A stretch of DNA of 63,366 bases, the filler included. It is 3 parts of 3 records of this genome, joined end to end, with 100 filler letters (N's around TTAATTAATTAA, not from the genome) between each part and the next. Parts side by side here need not be neighbours in the genome. Positions count along the whole stretch, not along the records: positions 1 to 25,073 come from SRR20825006_1952; positions 25,174 to 56,609 come from SRR20825006_1956; 1 more part is not named here. One strand, written 5' to 3'. The notes under the pieces were generated by a model, which was not told the DNA's origin, searched no databases, and saw nothing but the letters and a program-made list of their open reading frames with translations. Made by a program: the position numbers and the translations under genes. Positions 19,545 to 28,840 of the stretch are shown in pieces. Positions within the stretch are counted from its first letter, which is position 1. Each line of letters begins with the position of its first letter.

Positions 19545-20297
19545 TCAGGCGGCCGTGCCGACCTGTTCTGGTGCGCGCGGATGGGCCAGCGGGCCAAAAT
19601 CCGTCACATGGGAAATGCGCGGGAACATCGACAGGAACATATCGCGCACAGCGTGGCTGACGTTGCGTGTCGCTTGGGCGCCGGGGTGGAAGGTTTCCAT
19701 CGGCATACCGCAGGCATAGATCGCTGCGTGGCGCGTCAGGCAAATGTGGAACAGCCGCACCGACGTCGGCGGGGTCACTTCGATCACGTTCACACCATCC
19801 ACGAAATCGCGTGCGGGCGTCAGCATTTGCGCCCCTGATGTCAGATTTCCACGCAGATTGTGCGGCGTTTGCAGCAGACGAGCCGATGGCCCCACCGTCA
19901 GAAAACTTTCGGGGCGGGCAGGGCCGAAGGTATCGGCCATGATACGGATCAGCGATGTGCGCCGTCCGGTGTCGGCGGGGACAAAGTTTGTCGAGCCGAT
20001 CCAGACGGCCTGTGCCGCGTCGCCGTTCGTGGTGCGCAGCCAGTCGCCCGGTTGCAGGTCTTCGATGGCAATGGGGCCGTCGCGCCCCTCAAGGACAGTG
20101 CCACGTGCAAAGGCGGAGTACGCCGATTCGATCAGCGGCAAAGCGGGCGCCTTGGTCTGGGCGACAAGGCGGCTGCCATCGGCGCGCAGGGCAGCGAACT
20201 CATAGGTTCGGGTCGGCGGCGGAGTGCTGCCCATGGCGGTCGGGGCATATTGGGTAAATCGGCGCGGTTGCCCGGCAAGGGCCATGGTCGTGTTCAT
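19545..20297 (-). CDS. Hint_2 (BIL-type Hint) domain protein lacking the catalytic N-terminal Cys
   Basis: AFARGTVLEGRDGPIAIEDLQPGD, VWIG, IYACGMPMETFHPG follow the Hint_2 pattern. Confidence 0.8.
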   Translation of the reverse strand: MNTTMALAGQPRRFTQYAPTAMGSTPPPTRTYEFAALRADGSRLVAQTKAPALPLIESAYSAFARGTVLEGRDGPIAIEDLQPGDWLRTTNGDAAQAVWIGSTNFVPADTGRRTSLIRIMADTFGPARPESFLTVGPSARLLQTPHNLRGNLTSGAQMLTPARDFVDGVNVIEVTPPTSVRLFHICLTRHAAIYACGMPMETFHPGAQATRNVSHAVRDMFLSMFPRISHVTDFGPLAHPRAPEQVGTAA

Positions 20298-20573
20298 GCG
20301 AATAACCTTGTTCTGGTCGGTCACATCTGATGTCGGCCCCCACCGACGACGACAGATGAACTGAGGTTCACGTGTCTGATGAACCACCAATCGCTGAACA
20401 TTGGATTAACTGTCAAAATTTAGGGAACATTTACATCCTGAAACGGATCAATCCGCCCCCGGGAGGGCGGATTGTATGAGACATCGGAAATTTATCGCCA
20501 CATTTGCCGCATTTCCGCCCGAATCAATGAGGCGGGTGAGGATCAGATCAGGGCGGGCCGGATCAAGGCGGTA

Positions 20574-20714
20574 TCAGGCTGCCTTGCGGTCCAGATCGGC
20601 CTTGCGCTTGGCGATGAATGCAGCGCGGCGTGTGCCACGGGCCCAGGGCATCACTGTCTTTTCGTCTGCGGCGGCTGCGACCACGGATTTGATGAAGCGA
20701 GTGTTGGTTTTCAT
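20574..20714 (-). CDS. Small basic 46-aa protein (MKTNTRFIKSVVAAAADEKTVMPWARGTRRAAFIAKRKADLDRKAA)
   Basis: Hand-translated and absent from the ORF track; ATG preceded by AAAGGG; host-like codon usage; hairpin at 20449-20474 downstream. Confidence 0.7.
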   Translation of the reverse strand: MKTNTRFIKSVVAAAADEKTVMPWARGTRRAAFIAKRKADLDRKAA

Positions 20715-20885
20715 GTCGGTGCCCTTTGCTCTGTCGTCTGGACGGCGTGTGTGCCGCTGTTGACATCATTTCTGACAGGGGTTTCGGGCGCACTTGGGAC
20801 CGGTTTCAGCCAATTTGAAGAAACATTGCGGCGGAATTGGAACAATTAAGGCACTGGTGCCCAATTTGTTTCCTGTTTTTAAGGG

Positions 20886-21641
20886 TCAGAGCCTTATGGC
20901 GGCGATCAGGCGGCCATAATCGGCGGCCCGTTCGTGGACCGAGCGGCGGTACGAGAAGAATTGCGCCGGATCGGAATAGGTACAGTGCCGCGTCCACTCT
21001 GCCGAGGCGACGCCCCGGCTGCGCAGACGGTGCAGGCCATAGCCGGGCAGGTCGTACATCATCCGGTCACCTGCGCCATTGGCAAAGTAGCGGGCGCTCG
21101 CGTCGTCTTCGGCCATGTGTGTTTCGAAAAACTCGGGCCCGACCTCATAGGCGCGCTGGCTGATCGACGGGCCGATCACCACGTGGATGTTCTCCGCGGA
21201 CGCGCCCAGGGCTTCCATCGCGTCCACCGTCGCCTCGAGCACGCCATCCAGTGTGCCGCGCCAGCCCGCGTGCGCTGCGCCGATCACCTTTGCCTTGTGG
21301 TCGGCAAACAGCACCGGCTGGCAATCCGCCGACAGCACCGACAGCGCCAGACCCGGCGTGGCGGTGACCAGCGCGTCGGCCTTGGGTTTGTTGGCCAGCG
21401 GGGCCGTTACCGGAATCACCTTGGTGGAATGGACCTGATGCACGCTGATCAGATGGTTGGCGGGCACGTCCAGATTTGCTGCCACACGGGCACGGTTGAT
21501 TGCCACGATCTCGGATTGGTCAGTGCTGCCGCTGCCGCAGTTCAACCCTGCAAAGACACCGGAGGATGCGCCGCCTGCGCGGGTGAAGAACCCGTGTTGC
21601 AGCGGGTCCAGCGTGTCATGTGTGAGCGGCTTGAGTGTCAT
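20886..21641 (-). CDS. pgeF: Peptidoglycan editing factor / purine nucleoside phosphorylase YfiH
   Basis: HGFFTR.GG.S, QVHS, ADCQPVL, AAHAGWRG, FFSYRR. Confidence 0.95.
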   Translation of the reverse strand: MTLKPLTHDTLDPLQHGFFTRAGGASSGVFAGLNCGSGSTDQSEIVAINRARVAANLDVPANHLISVHQVHSTKVIPVTAPLANKPKADALVTATPGLALSVLSADCQPVLFADHKAKVIGAAHAGWRGTLDGVLEATVDAMEALGASAENIHVVIGPSISQRAYEVGPEFFETHMAEDDASARYFANGAGDRMMYDLPGYGLHRLRSRGVASAEWTRHCTYSDPAQFFSYRRSVHERAADYGRLIAAIRL

Positions 21642-22696
21642 GGTTCCAGACCTGGTGGCGGTGTGGCCCCCTGTGGATAGAGGCCCAGCACTTTGAACAG
21701 GTTTCCCATTTCTGCAGGGTGCGTCAACCGGCGATGTGCTGCAACATGCGCCTCAAGCGGGGCACCGTGCAGGCTTTCGGCCAATGCTTGCGCCCGCTGG
21801 GTGATGCCCAAACGCTCCAGGAACACGCCCTGCGGGGTGACGCGGGTAAAGGGGCAATTGGCCGCCTGCGTCAGCGCCTCGAAATCCACATGGGTGGTCA
21901 GATCGGCGGTGCCGGGATCGGTCAGCGGGTCGGTGGCCTGATGCGCTTTCAGCGCCTGCAATGTGTCGCCCAGAGACCGCCAGTCACCATAGTCGATGAT
22001 CAACGCCGCACCGCCGTGGTCCCGGATGCGGGCGCTGACGGTGTCGATGACCGGGCTGGCCGAGGGGCAAACTTCGACGATGTCATCCTGTTGCGTGTCT
22101 TCCAGCCGGTGCGCCAGCGCGGGTTGCGGCGTGGCGGGGCCAAGGCCCATGCGCAGACGGTCGCCTTCAACCCCCACCATCCGCTCGCGCCAGCGGTCGC
22201 CGTCGCGTTGGTATTGATGGACGGGCAGAGCATCGAAGAATTCATTTGCCACCAAATAAGGCGGTTGGTCCGGCAGGTCGTGCACGCTGTCCAACCAGCG
22301 CGGCGCGTGGCCTTGCAGGGTCGCGGCTTGCAGGGTGCGCAGGGTGGGCGAGGCCTCGATCAGCACGATCTGCAGGGCTGCATGGAACCCCGGCACACGT
22401 GCGGTGGTGCGCAGGATGTCGGCCATCAGCGTGCCACGTCCCGGTCCCAGCTCGGCCAGCGTGATGGCCGCAGGTGCGCCCTGATCCAGCCAGCTTTGCG
22501 CAAGCGAGAGGCCAATCAGTTCCCCGAACATCTGGCTGATCTCGGGGGCCGTGGTGAAATCACCTGCCACCCCCAGCGGGTCGCGTGTGGTGTAGTAACC
22601 GTGGGTCGGATGCAGCAGCGCCTCGGACATATAGTCGGCCAGTGTGATTGGACCCGTGGCCGCGATCCGGTCGGTCAGTATCCGCTGCAGGCTCAT
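21638..22696 (-). CDS. SAM-dependent methyltransferase, MidA/NDUFAF7 family
   Basis: GYY...[41 protein letters not shown]. Confidence 0.95.
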   Translation of the reverse strand: MSLQRILTDRIAATGPITLADYMSEALLHPTHGYYTTRDPLGVAGDFTTAPEISQMFGELIGLSLAQSWLDQGAPAAITLAELGPGRGTLMADILRTTARVPGFHAALQIVLIEASPTLRTLQAATLQGHAPRWLDSVHDLPDQPPYLVANEFFDALPVHQYQRDGDRWRERMVGVEGDRLRMGLGPATPQPALAHRLEDTQQDDIVEVCPSASPVIDTVSARIRDHGGAALIIDYGDWRSLGDTLQALKAHQATDPLTDPGTADLTTHVDFEALTQAANCPFTRVTPQGVFLERLGITQRAQALAESLHGAPLEAHVAAHRRLTHPAEMGNLFKVLGLYPQGATPPPGLEP

Positions 22697-23601
22697 GGGG
22701 TGGCTGTGCTCTGACTTTGTGGTCGGGTACGGGCGCGCAGGATCAGCCACAGGCCCAGAGCGATCATCGGCAGCGACAGGATCTGACCCATTGTCAGCCC
22801 CCAGCCGTTCACGTGCCATGCCAATCCCAACGGGTTGCCATCGGAAATGAACTGCGCATCCGGCTGGCGGACGAATTCGACCAGAAACCGCGAGAGACCA
22901 TAGCCTGCAAAAAACGTGCCCGCGACCCGTCCGGGGAATTTCAACGCGCCTCGTCGCCAGACAAGGATCAGCAGGACGGCGCCCAGAATCAGCCCTTCTA
23001 GCAGCGCCTCGTACAACTGGCTGGGATGGCGTGCGCACAGGCCTGCCACATCGGGGCAATATTGTGCGGCATCACCGGGAAAGGCGACGCCCCAGGGCAG
23101 GTCTGTGGGGCGGCCCCACAATTCGGCGTTGATAAAGTTGGCGATGCGTCCCAGCAGCAATCCCGGCGGCACGCCCAAGGCAATGGCATCGGCGGCCGAG
23201 GTTTTGGGGATGCCGTGCCGCGCAGTAAAGATGAAGGCGGCCGTGATCACGCCCAGCAACCCGCCGTGGAAGGACATGCCGCCCTGCCAGATTGCAAGTA
23301 TCTGCATCGGGTTGGCCAGGTAATAGGCCGGTTGATAGAATAGGACATAGCCCAGACGCCCGCCCAGAATCACACCGACGATGATCCACGTCAGCAGATC
23401 CTCGATCTGTGTGGTGGTCATCGGTGGGGTGTCATTGCGCCACAGGGCCGGGCGTTTGATCGCGCTGATCACCAGCCGCCAGCCGGCAAGGATGCCCACG
23501 ATATAGGCCAGTGCGTACCAGCGCAGGGCGATGGTCATGCCAAAGATGGACACCGAAAAGATGTCGGGCGAGATGTCGGGAAAGGGGATCAAACCGGTCA
23601 T
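22693..23601 (-). CDS. lgt: Prolipoprotein diacylglyceryl transferase
   Basis: [47 protein letters not shown]. Confidence 0.98.
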   Translation of the reverse strand: MTGLIPFPDISPDIFSVSIFGMTIALRWYALAYIVGILAGWRLVISAIKRPALWRNDTPPMTTTQIEDLLTWIIVGVILGGRLGYVLFYQPAYYLANPMQILAIWQGGMSFHGGLLGVITAAFIFTARHGIPKTSAADAIALGVPPGLLLGRIANFINAELWGRPTDLPWGVAFPGDAAQYCPDVAGLCARHPSQLYEALLEGLILGAVLLILVWRRGALKFPGRVAGTFFAGYGLSRFLVEFVRQPDAQFISDGNPLGLAWHVNGWGLTMGQILSLPMIALGLWLILRARTRPQSQSTATP

Positions 23602-23638
23602 GGGTGCGACATGCATGTGCGGCGTGGGGGAAGTCAAC

Positions 23639-23667
23639 CTTGCGGGCGCGGGCAGAGCGCCCCATAT
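23639..23667 (+). promoter_or_regulatory. RpoH-type promoter upstream of the ubiK-family gene
   Basis: CTTG-N18-CCCATAT, same boxes and spacing as the hsp20 promoter. Confidence 0.55.
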
Positions 23668-23697
23668 AGATAACAAGCCAGTTACAGGAGAATGCAC

Positions 23698-23937
23698 ATG
23701 CAGGCGCGTGGCAAGATTTTTGACGATATTTCGCAACTGATGACCAATGCCATGGGTGTGGCGCAGGGGGCGAAGGACGAAGCCGAAACCGCGATGAAGT
23801 CGCTGATGGACCGCTGGTTGGCGGACCGCGACTTTGTCACCCGCGAGGAATTCGACGCGGTGCGCGCGATGGCGCAGAAGGCACGTGAAGAGAACGAGGC
23901 GCTGAAGGCGCGTCTGGACGCACTGGAAAGCAAGTAA
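23698..23937 (+). CDS. Accessory factor UbiK (BMFP) family protein
   Basis: [33 protein letters not shown]. Confidence 0.88.
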   Translation: MQARGKIFDDISQLMTNAMGVAQGAKDEAETAMKSLMDRWLADRDFVTREEFDAVRAMAQKAREENEALKARLDALESK

Positions 23938-24039
23938 GTCGCGGCTGGAGCAGGCGTGACAACCGTCCCGACGGTTTCACAGGTCTGACCATTTTCGCAA
24001 GGCAGCCCGCCAGCGGTTGATTGCGGTACACCATTCGAG

Positions 24040-24083
24040 AGGCCGCCCCCGACCTGTCCGAGGTCAGGGGCGGCCTTTGTTGT
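24040..24083 (+). terminator. Probable terminator hairpin
   Basis: AGGCCGCCCC-GACCT...AGGTC-GGGGCGGCCT followed by TTGTTGTT. Confidence 0.55.
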
Positions 24084-24310
24084 TAACGAAGTCCGTTCAG
24101 CATCCCCGTCAGGCATCCATTTTGTGCGCCTTGGAACCTTTTCCACAACTTATTGAAGTTATCCCCAAATAAAGGGTTGCCACAGAGCCGCCCCGCCTGC
24201 ACCATATTTGGTAGAGGTTAGGGGATCATCCCCCGATACCCAGAGCAGGCACCTAGCGCTTGGGGGCGCGGCAATGCCCCGTCGCTAGAGCGAGAAAAAG
24301 AGGTGGCGAC

Positions 24311-24811
24311 ATGGCCCTTTCCGAGCATTACCTGGAAGACGAGATTCACCCGATTGATATTGTCGAGAACATCGCGGCACATCATGACTGGGATTTCGAC
24401 CGCATCGCAGACGATCAGATCGCAATGGCCGTCGAAGGCCAGTGGCGGACGTATTCGCTGACCCTGGCATGGTCCGGCTATGATGAAACCCTGCGTCTGG
24501 TCTGCACCTTCGAGATGGAACCGCCCGCCGAAAAGCTGGCCGATCTTTATGCGCTGCTGAACCTGATCAACGACCAGTGCTGGGCGGGTGCCTTTACCTT
24601 CTGGGAAGAGCAAAAGCTGATGGTCTATCGCTATGGTCTGGTGCTGACGGGCGGTCAGATCGCAGGCCCCGAGCAGGTCGATACCATGATCAACGCCGCC
24701 GTGATGAGCGCCGAACGCTACTATCCCGCGCTGCAACTGCTGACATGGGGGGATCGCACCCCCAAGGAAGCGTTGGATGTCGCCATTGCAGAGGCTTATG
24801 GCCGCGCGTAA
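24311..24811 (+). CDS. YbjN domain protein
   Basis: HPIDIVE..A....W.F.R...EI...VEGQW..Y pattern; usual neighbour upstream of proC. Confidence 0.85.
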   Translation: MALSEHYLEDEIHPIDIVENIAAHHDWDFDRIADDQIAMAVEGQWRTYSLTLAWSGYDETLRLVCTFEMEPPAEKLADLYALLNLINDQCWAGAFTFWEEQKLMVYRYGLVLTGGQIAGPEQVDTMINAAVMSAERYYPALQLLTWGDRTPKEALDVAIAEAYGRA

Positions 24812-24848
24812 ACCTTTGCCCTGAACCATATGAGGGGAAGGGCAAACC

Positions 24849-25073
24849 ATGACAAATGACGTGATCGCACAGCGCGGCCTTGTGCTGCTGGGCTGTGGCA
24901 AGATGGGGTCGGCGATGCTGGCGGGCTGGCTGAAACGCGGTCTGCCCGCCACGTCGGTCTGGGTGAAAGATCCCAATCCCTCGGACTGGCTGAAGGGCAC
25001 GGGCGTACATATCAACGCCGACCTGCCTGCGCATCCGGCGATTGTTCTGGTGGCGGTCAAGCCGCAGATGATG
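24849..25073 (+). CDS. proC: Pyrroline-5-carboxylate reductase, truncated at contig end
   Basis: LLGCGKMGSAML and VAVKPQ. Confidence 0.93.
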
Positions 25074-25173
25074 NNNNNNNNNNNNNNNNNNNNNNNNNNN
25101 NNNNNNNNNNNNNNNNNTTAATTAATTAANNNNNNNNNNNNNNNNNNNNNNNNNNNNNNNNNNNNNNNNNNNN
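25074..25173. other. Artificial contig spacer
   Basis: N44-TTAATTAATTAA-N44 gives stops in all six frames; codon style and gene content change across it. Confidence 0.99.
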
Positions 25174-25830
25174 CTCGAGCGCGCTCGTCAGATCCTCGCT
25201 CTCTGCTCGGAGCAGGGGGTCTTGAACCTGTACGGCGAGCAACGATTTGGCGCCGCTGGAGACACGGGCGAGCAAGGTTTTGCCTTGCTCGCCGGGACGG
25301 CGGACAAAAAGCTCCAGAGCAAGATCAAGCGAGACCGCTTCTTGAAGCGCCTGGTGCTCAACGCGGCGCAGAGCGATCTGTTCAACGCGGTCGCCTTCGA
25401 GCGTCAGGCGCGAGGCGCCTTGAACCAGGTGTGGGAGGGGGATGTCTTGAGCAAGCGCGAGAGCGGCGGTGTGTTTGTCTGCGAAGATCCCGAGACGGAT
25501 CAGGCGCGCCTCGACGATGGAGAACTCGTCCTGGCCGGTCCGATGTTTGGCCCAAAGATGGTGCAGGCGACGGGGCAGATGGGGGAGCTCGAGGAGGAGA
25601 TCCTCGCGGCGCGCGGGCTGGCGATTTCAGACTTCGAGAAGTTCCCAAAGCTTTGCTCGGGGACGCGTCGGCCGATGCTTGTCTGGCCAGAGAATGTCGA
25701 TGTCTCGGCGTTGTCAGAAGAACACGCGCTGCGCGTCAGGTTTTTTCTTCCTTCAGGAAGTTACGCCACGATAGTATTAAGGGAGTTGCTGTCCCCAATA
25801 GATGGTGCTGAATTCGAGCAGTCACCTTGA
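25174..25830 (+). CDS. truD: tRNA pseudouridine(13) synthase, 5'-truncated
   Basis: NLYGEQRFG, AAQS.LFN, GTRRP, FFLPSGSYAT..LREL. Confidence 0.93.
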   Translation, partial: LERARQILALCSEQGVLNLYGEQRFGAAGDTGEQGFALLAGTADKKLQSKIKRDRFLKRLVLNAAQSDLFNAVAFERQARGALNQVWEGDVLSKRESGGVFVCEDPETDQARLDDGELVLAGPMFGPKMVQATGQMGELEEEILAARGLAISDFEKFPKLCSGTRRPMLVWPENVDVSALSEEHALRVRFFLPSGSYATIVLRELLSPIDGAEFEQSP

Positions 25831-25917
25831 TGATAAACCGCGCGGTTCGGTTTTGTTGAAGTTGGTCTGCAAACAAGAGCAAGGAGGAAGTGACTCGTGA
25901 GTCGATATCCGATTCAA

Positions 25918-28617
25918 GCCATGTCACTCGAGGCGTTTGCCTCGTTGGTCGAACAGGTAGGGATGCCCATCGAGCTCGATGACTTCGAGCAATTGATCGA
26001 GCGCAAGCTCTTGCTCCCGCTCGAGGGAGAGCAGGAGGATGGCTCCCCCGAGTTTTGTTTGCTCCAGCTCTTCGGGTTGGCGCGCTATGTCGATGCAGTC
26101 ACGGTCCTCCACCATCCCTGGTTGGGGGCGCCCGAGGACCTCGAGGGCGCCATCGATGAGGCACGTCATGTCACCGTGCATTTGACCACGCTGGCCAACA
26201 GACTCCGCGGTGAAGCCGAGTTCGTGCGAAAGGAAGAGCTCGAGCAGCTCGTCCTCGAGTTCGAGCGAGAGCTCGAGCAGTCCAACCCGTTCGGCCCGCT
26301 CGCTGTGATTATCGACTTCGCGCGTCGCGATGTGATCGAGCAGTTGCGAGGGGCGGCGCGGTTTTGGGCCGAGATGCACTTTTGCGCGAGCGAGCTGTCT
26401 CGAATGGCTGATGAACTCGCGCGCGGCGACCTCGCAGAGACCGCGCCGATGGGGCACGCGAGCGTCTCCGGGCTCGCCTCTCGCGGCCTGCGCACGACCC
26501 AGGATATGGAGGCGGTCGATACCGCCGCGCTGCGCTCGACCCTCGAACTCGAGACGCCAGAAGAGGGCGATGCCGCGGATGCGAGCGCCACAGCCCCGGC
26601 CATCAAGACGGGGATCAAACCTCCGACCTCATCGCCTCGCGTGACCACCGAGATGGACGCCGTCGAGCGCCCCGAGGGAGAGGCTGCGGATGCTTCCGCC
26701 GAAGAAGGGGAGGGGGACCAGGAGGAAGAGGGCGCCAACCCATTCAAGCGCGATGCGTCGCAGTCGACCTCGAGCAATTCGGATCTCCAGCACAGGTTGG
26801 AGGCGTTGCGCAACCTCGATGGCAGGCGCGCGCGCGCATCCTCGATTGGCGCCAAGGCGATCGCGCTCGCTCAGGCCAAGGCCGAGGCCGAGGCTGATGA
26901 TGACGTCGAAGAGGAGGGCGCGGTCCCTGAGTCAGCGCAGGTGTTCGACGAGGAGACCGTCGCCAGAGAGGTCTCTCCAGACGCCCTCGCCGAGACGGTG
27001 GGAGAGGGCGAAGAAGAAGATGCCGCCGCTCCTGATGGTGAAGAAGATGGCGAAGACAAGAACATCTTCGCCGTCGAAGAGAACACCTTCATCCTCGACA
27101 ACGAGATCGAGGGCGAAGACGAGGACGCTGGAGAAGGCGGCGAAGAGTCGGACTCCGCTGGCAACAATGACGACGGCGGTGACGACGGAGACGAGCTCGT
27201 CTCCGAGCAAGCGCAGGAGCCAGAGTCAGCGCCAGATCCTCGACCTGAAGAGCAGGCCGACCACGCGTCGATGGCCGAGAAGATCCAGGAGCTCAACCAG
27301 AAGCGCGAAGCGTATATGCGCGAGCAAAACTGGGAAGGGCTCGTCGCGCTCTATGAAGACGGGATCACCCTCTTCGAGGCGCAGGAGCGCCAACAGGTGC
27401 ACCTGACGTTGGCCAAGCTCTACGAGCTCAAGCTCCAGGATAGCGCCAGGGCGTTCGAGAATATGACGGCGGCCTTCTCGCTCGGCGGGCCACGCGCGAT
27501 CCAGGAGAAAATCATCGAGGCGATGCAGCGCTCGGGTGGTGGCGGCGCGCAAAAAGAGTCTTACCTGGCATGGCTCGAGGAGCAAGCCGGGGCGACAGAC
27601 CTCGCGCCCGACTCCATGGAGCTGTTGCAGATGACCTGGTCGCGCCATCTGCGCGCCGAGGATCCTCAACGCGCGTTCTTCTCGTTCGCCTCTTATCTCG
27701 CGGACAACCCGGAGGAGCGCGCCAGCGAGAGCACGCTCGCCTTCTTCGAGGAGCTCGGCGAGGGCGTCGAGAACGAGGAGCTCTACGCGCTCTACGATGA
27801 TCTCTTGGAGCAGGTGCGACGTGGCGAGACGTTGGCGTTGATTGGCGAAAAGGCTGGGATGCACGCGCTCGAGAACGCGGGTAACGCGCTCGCGCTAGGC
27901 TACCTCTCGAAGGCTTACGCCGCCGATCCATCACGCGAGCAATGTTATCACATCCTGGCGCAGCTCTACGAAGAGGAGGAGCGCTGGAGCGAGCTCGCGC
28001 TGCTGCACGAGCGTCGCGCGGTCTACGATCCATCGCAGGCCGAGGCGATGGCGGACGCGCTCCGAGATGCGCGCGCCAGGGAGCTCGAGAGCCCGGATGA
28101 TTCGATCGCGTTCTTCACCGAGCACCTGGACGCAAACCCTGGGGACACCATCGCCAGGGATCGCTTGCTGCATATCTTTATGCATCACTCCAGGCACGCG
28201 GAAGCTTACGCGTTCCTCAACCGTCATATCGAGCAGCTCGAGAGCCCGGAGCAGCGCGCGCGCCTGCTTCAATCGATGGCGACCATCGCGCAGAAGCACC
28301 TCTACGCGCCCGAGGAGGCGGTGGTGCACCTCGAGGAGGCGTTGCGACTTGGCGGCGAGGATCGAGGCGTGCTCGAGGGGTTGATCGCGCTCCAGATCGA
28401 GCTCCAGCAATGGCCGCACGTGATCAAGGCGATCGAGCGCTTGACGGGGAGCTTCGAGCTGGAGAACTCGCAGCGTATCACCATGTTGATGAAAGGAGCC
28501 CAGGCCGCACGCCACGGGGCTGATCCAGAAGCGGAGCGCCGCTTCCTCGAGCATGTGCTCGCGCTCGAGCCTGCGCACACGCAGGCAAACGCAGCGCTCG
28601 CCGAGCTCGCAAACTAG
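25918..28617 (+). CDS. Large protein: N-terminal globular domain, acidic disordered linker, C-terminal TPR repeats; start 25897 or 25918
   Basis: Long ORF with host codon usage; D/E-rich middle; TPR-like helices such as ALGYLSKAYAADP and AVVHLEEALRL. Confidence 0.75.
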   Translation, partial: AMSLEAFASLVEQVGMPIELDDFEQLIERKLLLPLEGEQEDGSPEFCLLQLFGLARYVDAVTVLHHPWLGAPEDLEGAIDEARHVTVHLTTLANRLRGEAEFVRKEELEQLVLEFERELEQSNPFGPLAVIIDFARRDVIEQLRGAARFWAEMHFCASELSRMADELARGDLAETAPMGHASVSGLASRGLRTTQDMEAVDTAALRSTLELETPEEGDAADASATAPAIKTGIKPPTSSPRVTTEMDAVERPEGEAADASAEEGEGDQEEEGANPFKRDASQSTSSNSDLQHRLEALRNLDGRRARASSIGAKAIALAQAKAEAEADDDVEEEGAVPESAQVFDEETVAREVSPDALAETVGEGEEEDAAAPDGEEDGEDKNIFAVEENTFILDNEIEGEDEDAGEGGEESDSAGNNDDGGDDGDELVSEQAQEPESAPDPRPEEQADHASMAEKIQELNQKREAYMREQNWEGLVALYEDGITLFEAQERQQVHLTLAKLYELKLQDSARAFENMTAAFSLGGPRAIQEKIIEAMQRSGGGGAQKESYLAWLEEQAGATDLAPDSMELLQMTWSRHLRAEDPQRAFFSFASYLADNPEERASESTLAFFEELGEGVENEELYALYDDLLEQVRRGETLALIGEKAGMHALENAGNALALGYLSKAYAADPSREQCYHILAQLYEEEERWSELALLHERRAVYDPSQAEAMADALRDARARELESPDDSIAFFTEHLDANPGDTIARDRLLHIFMHHSRHAEAYAFLNRHIEQLESPEQRARLLQSMATIAQKHLYAPEEAVVHLEEALRLGGEDRGVLEGLIALQIELQQWPHVIKAIERLTGSFELENSQRITMLMKGAQAARHGADPEAERRFLEHVLALEPAHTQANAALAELAN

Positions 28618-28705
28618 ACCTCGGTGTTGGCTTCGCTCGGGAATAGCACACGAGTGAAATGCCTTACCGACAAGGCGGCATGGCGTCGCGAAGACCGCGA
28701 GTTCT

Positions 28706-28735
28706 TTGACATGTATGGTCTTCCGTGCCTATGCT
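28706..28735 (+). promoter_or_regulatory. Sigma70-like promoter
   Basis: TTGACA-N18-TATGCT upstream of the 28841 gene. Confidence 0.6.
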
Positions 28736-28840
28736 ACGCTTGCCGTAAACCCCCTCGAATGGTGTGTTCGCTGTGAACGAGAAGCATCACACCTCTCATG
28801 AGGGTATGGCTTATGCCTCGGCAGCCCAGAGGAGGCCCCG

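Noticed and set aside
25118-25129. TTAATTAATTAA as a biological motif
   Set aside because: Assembly linker embedded in Ns and repeated identically at 56654-56665
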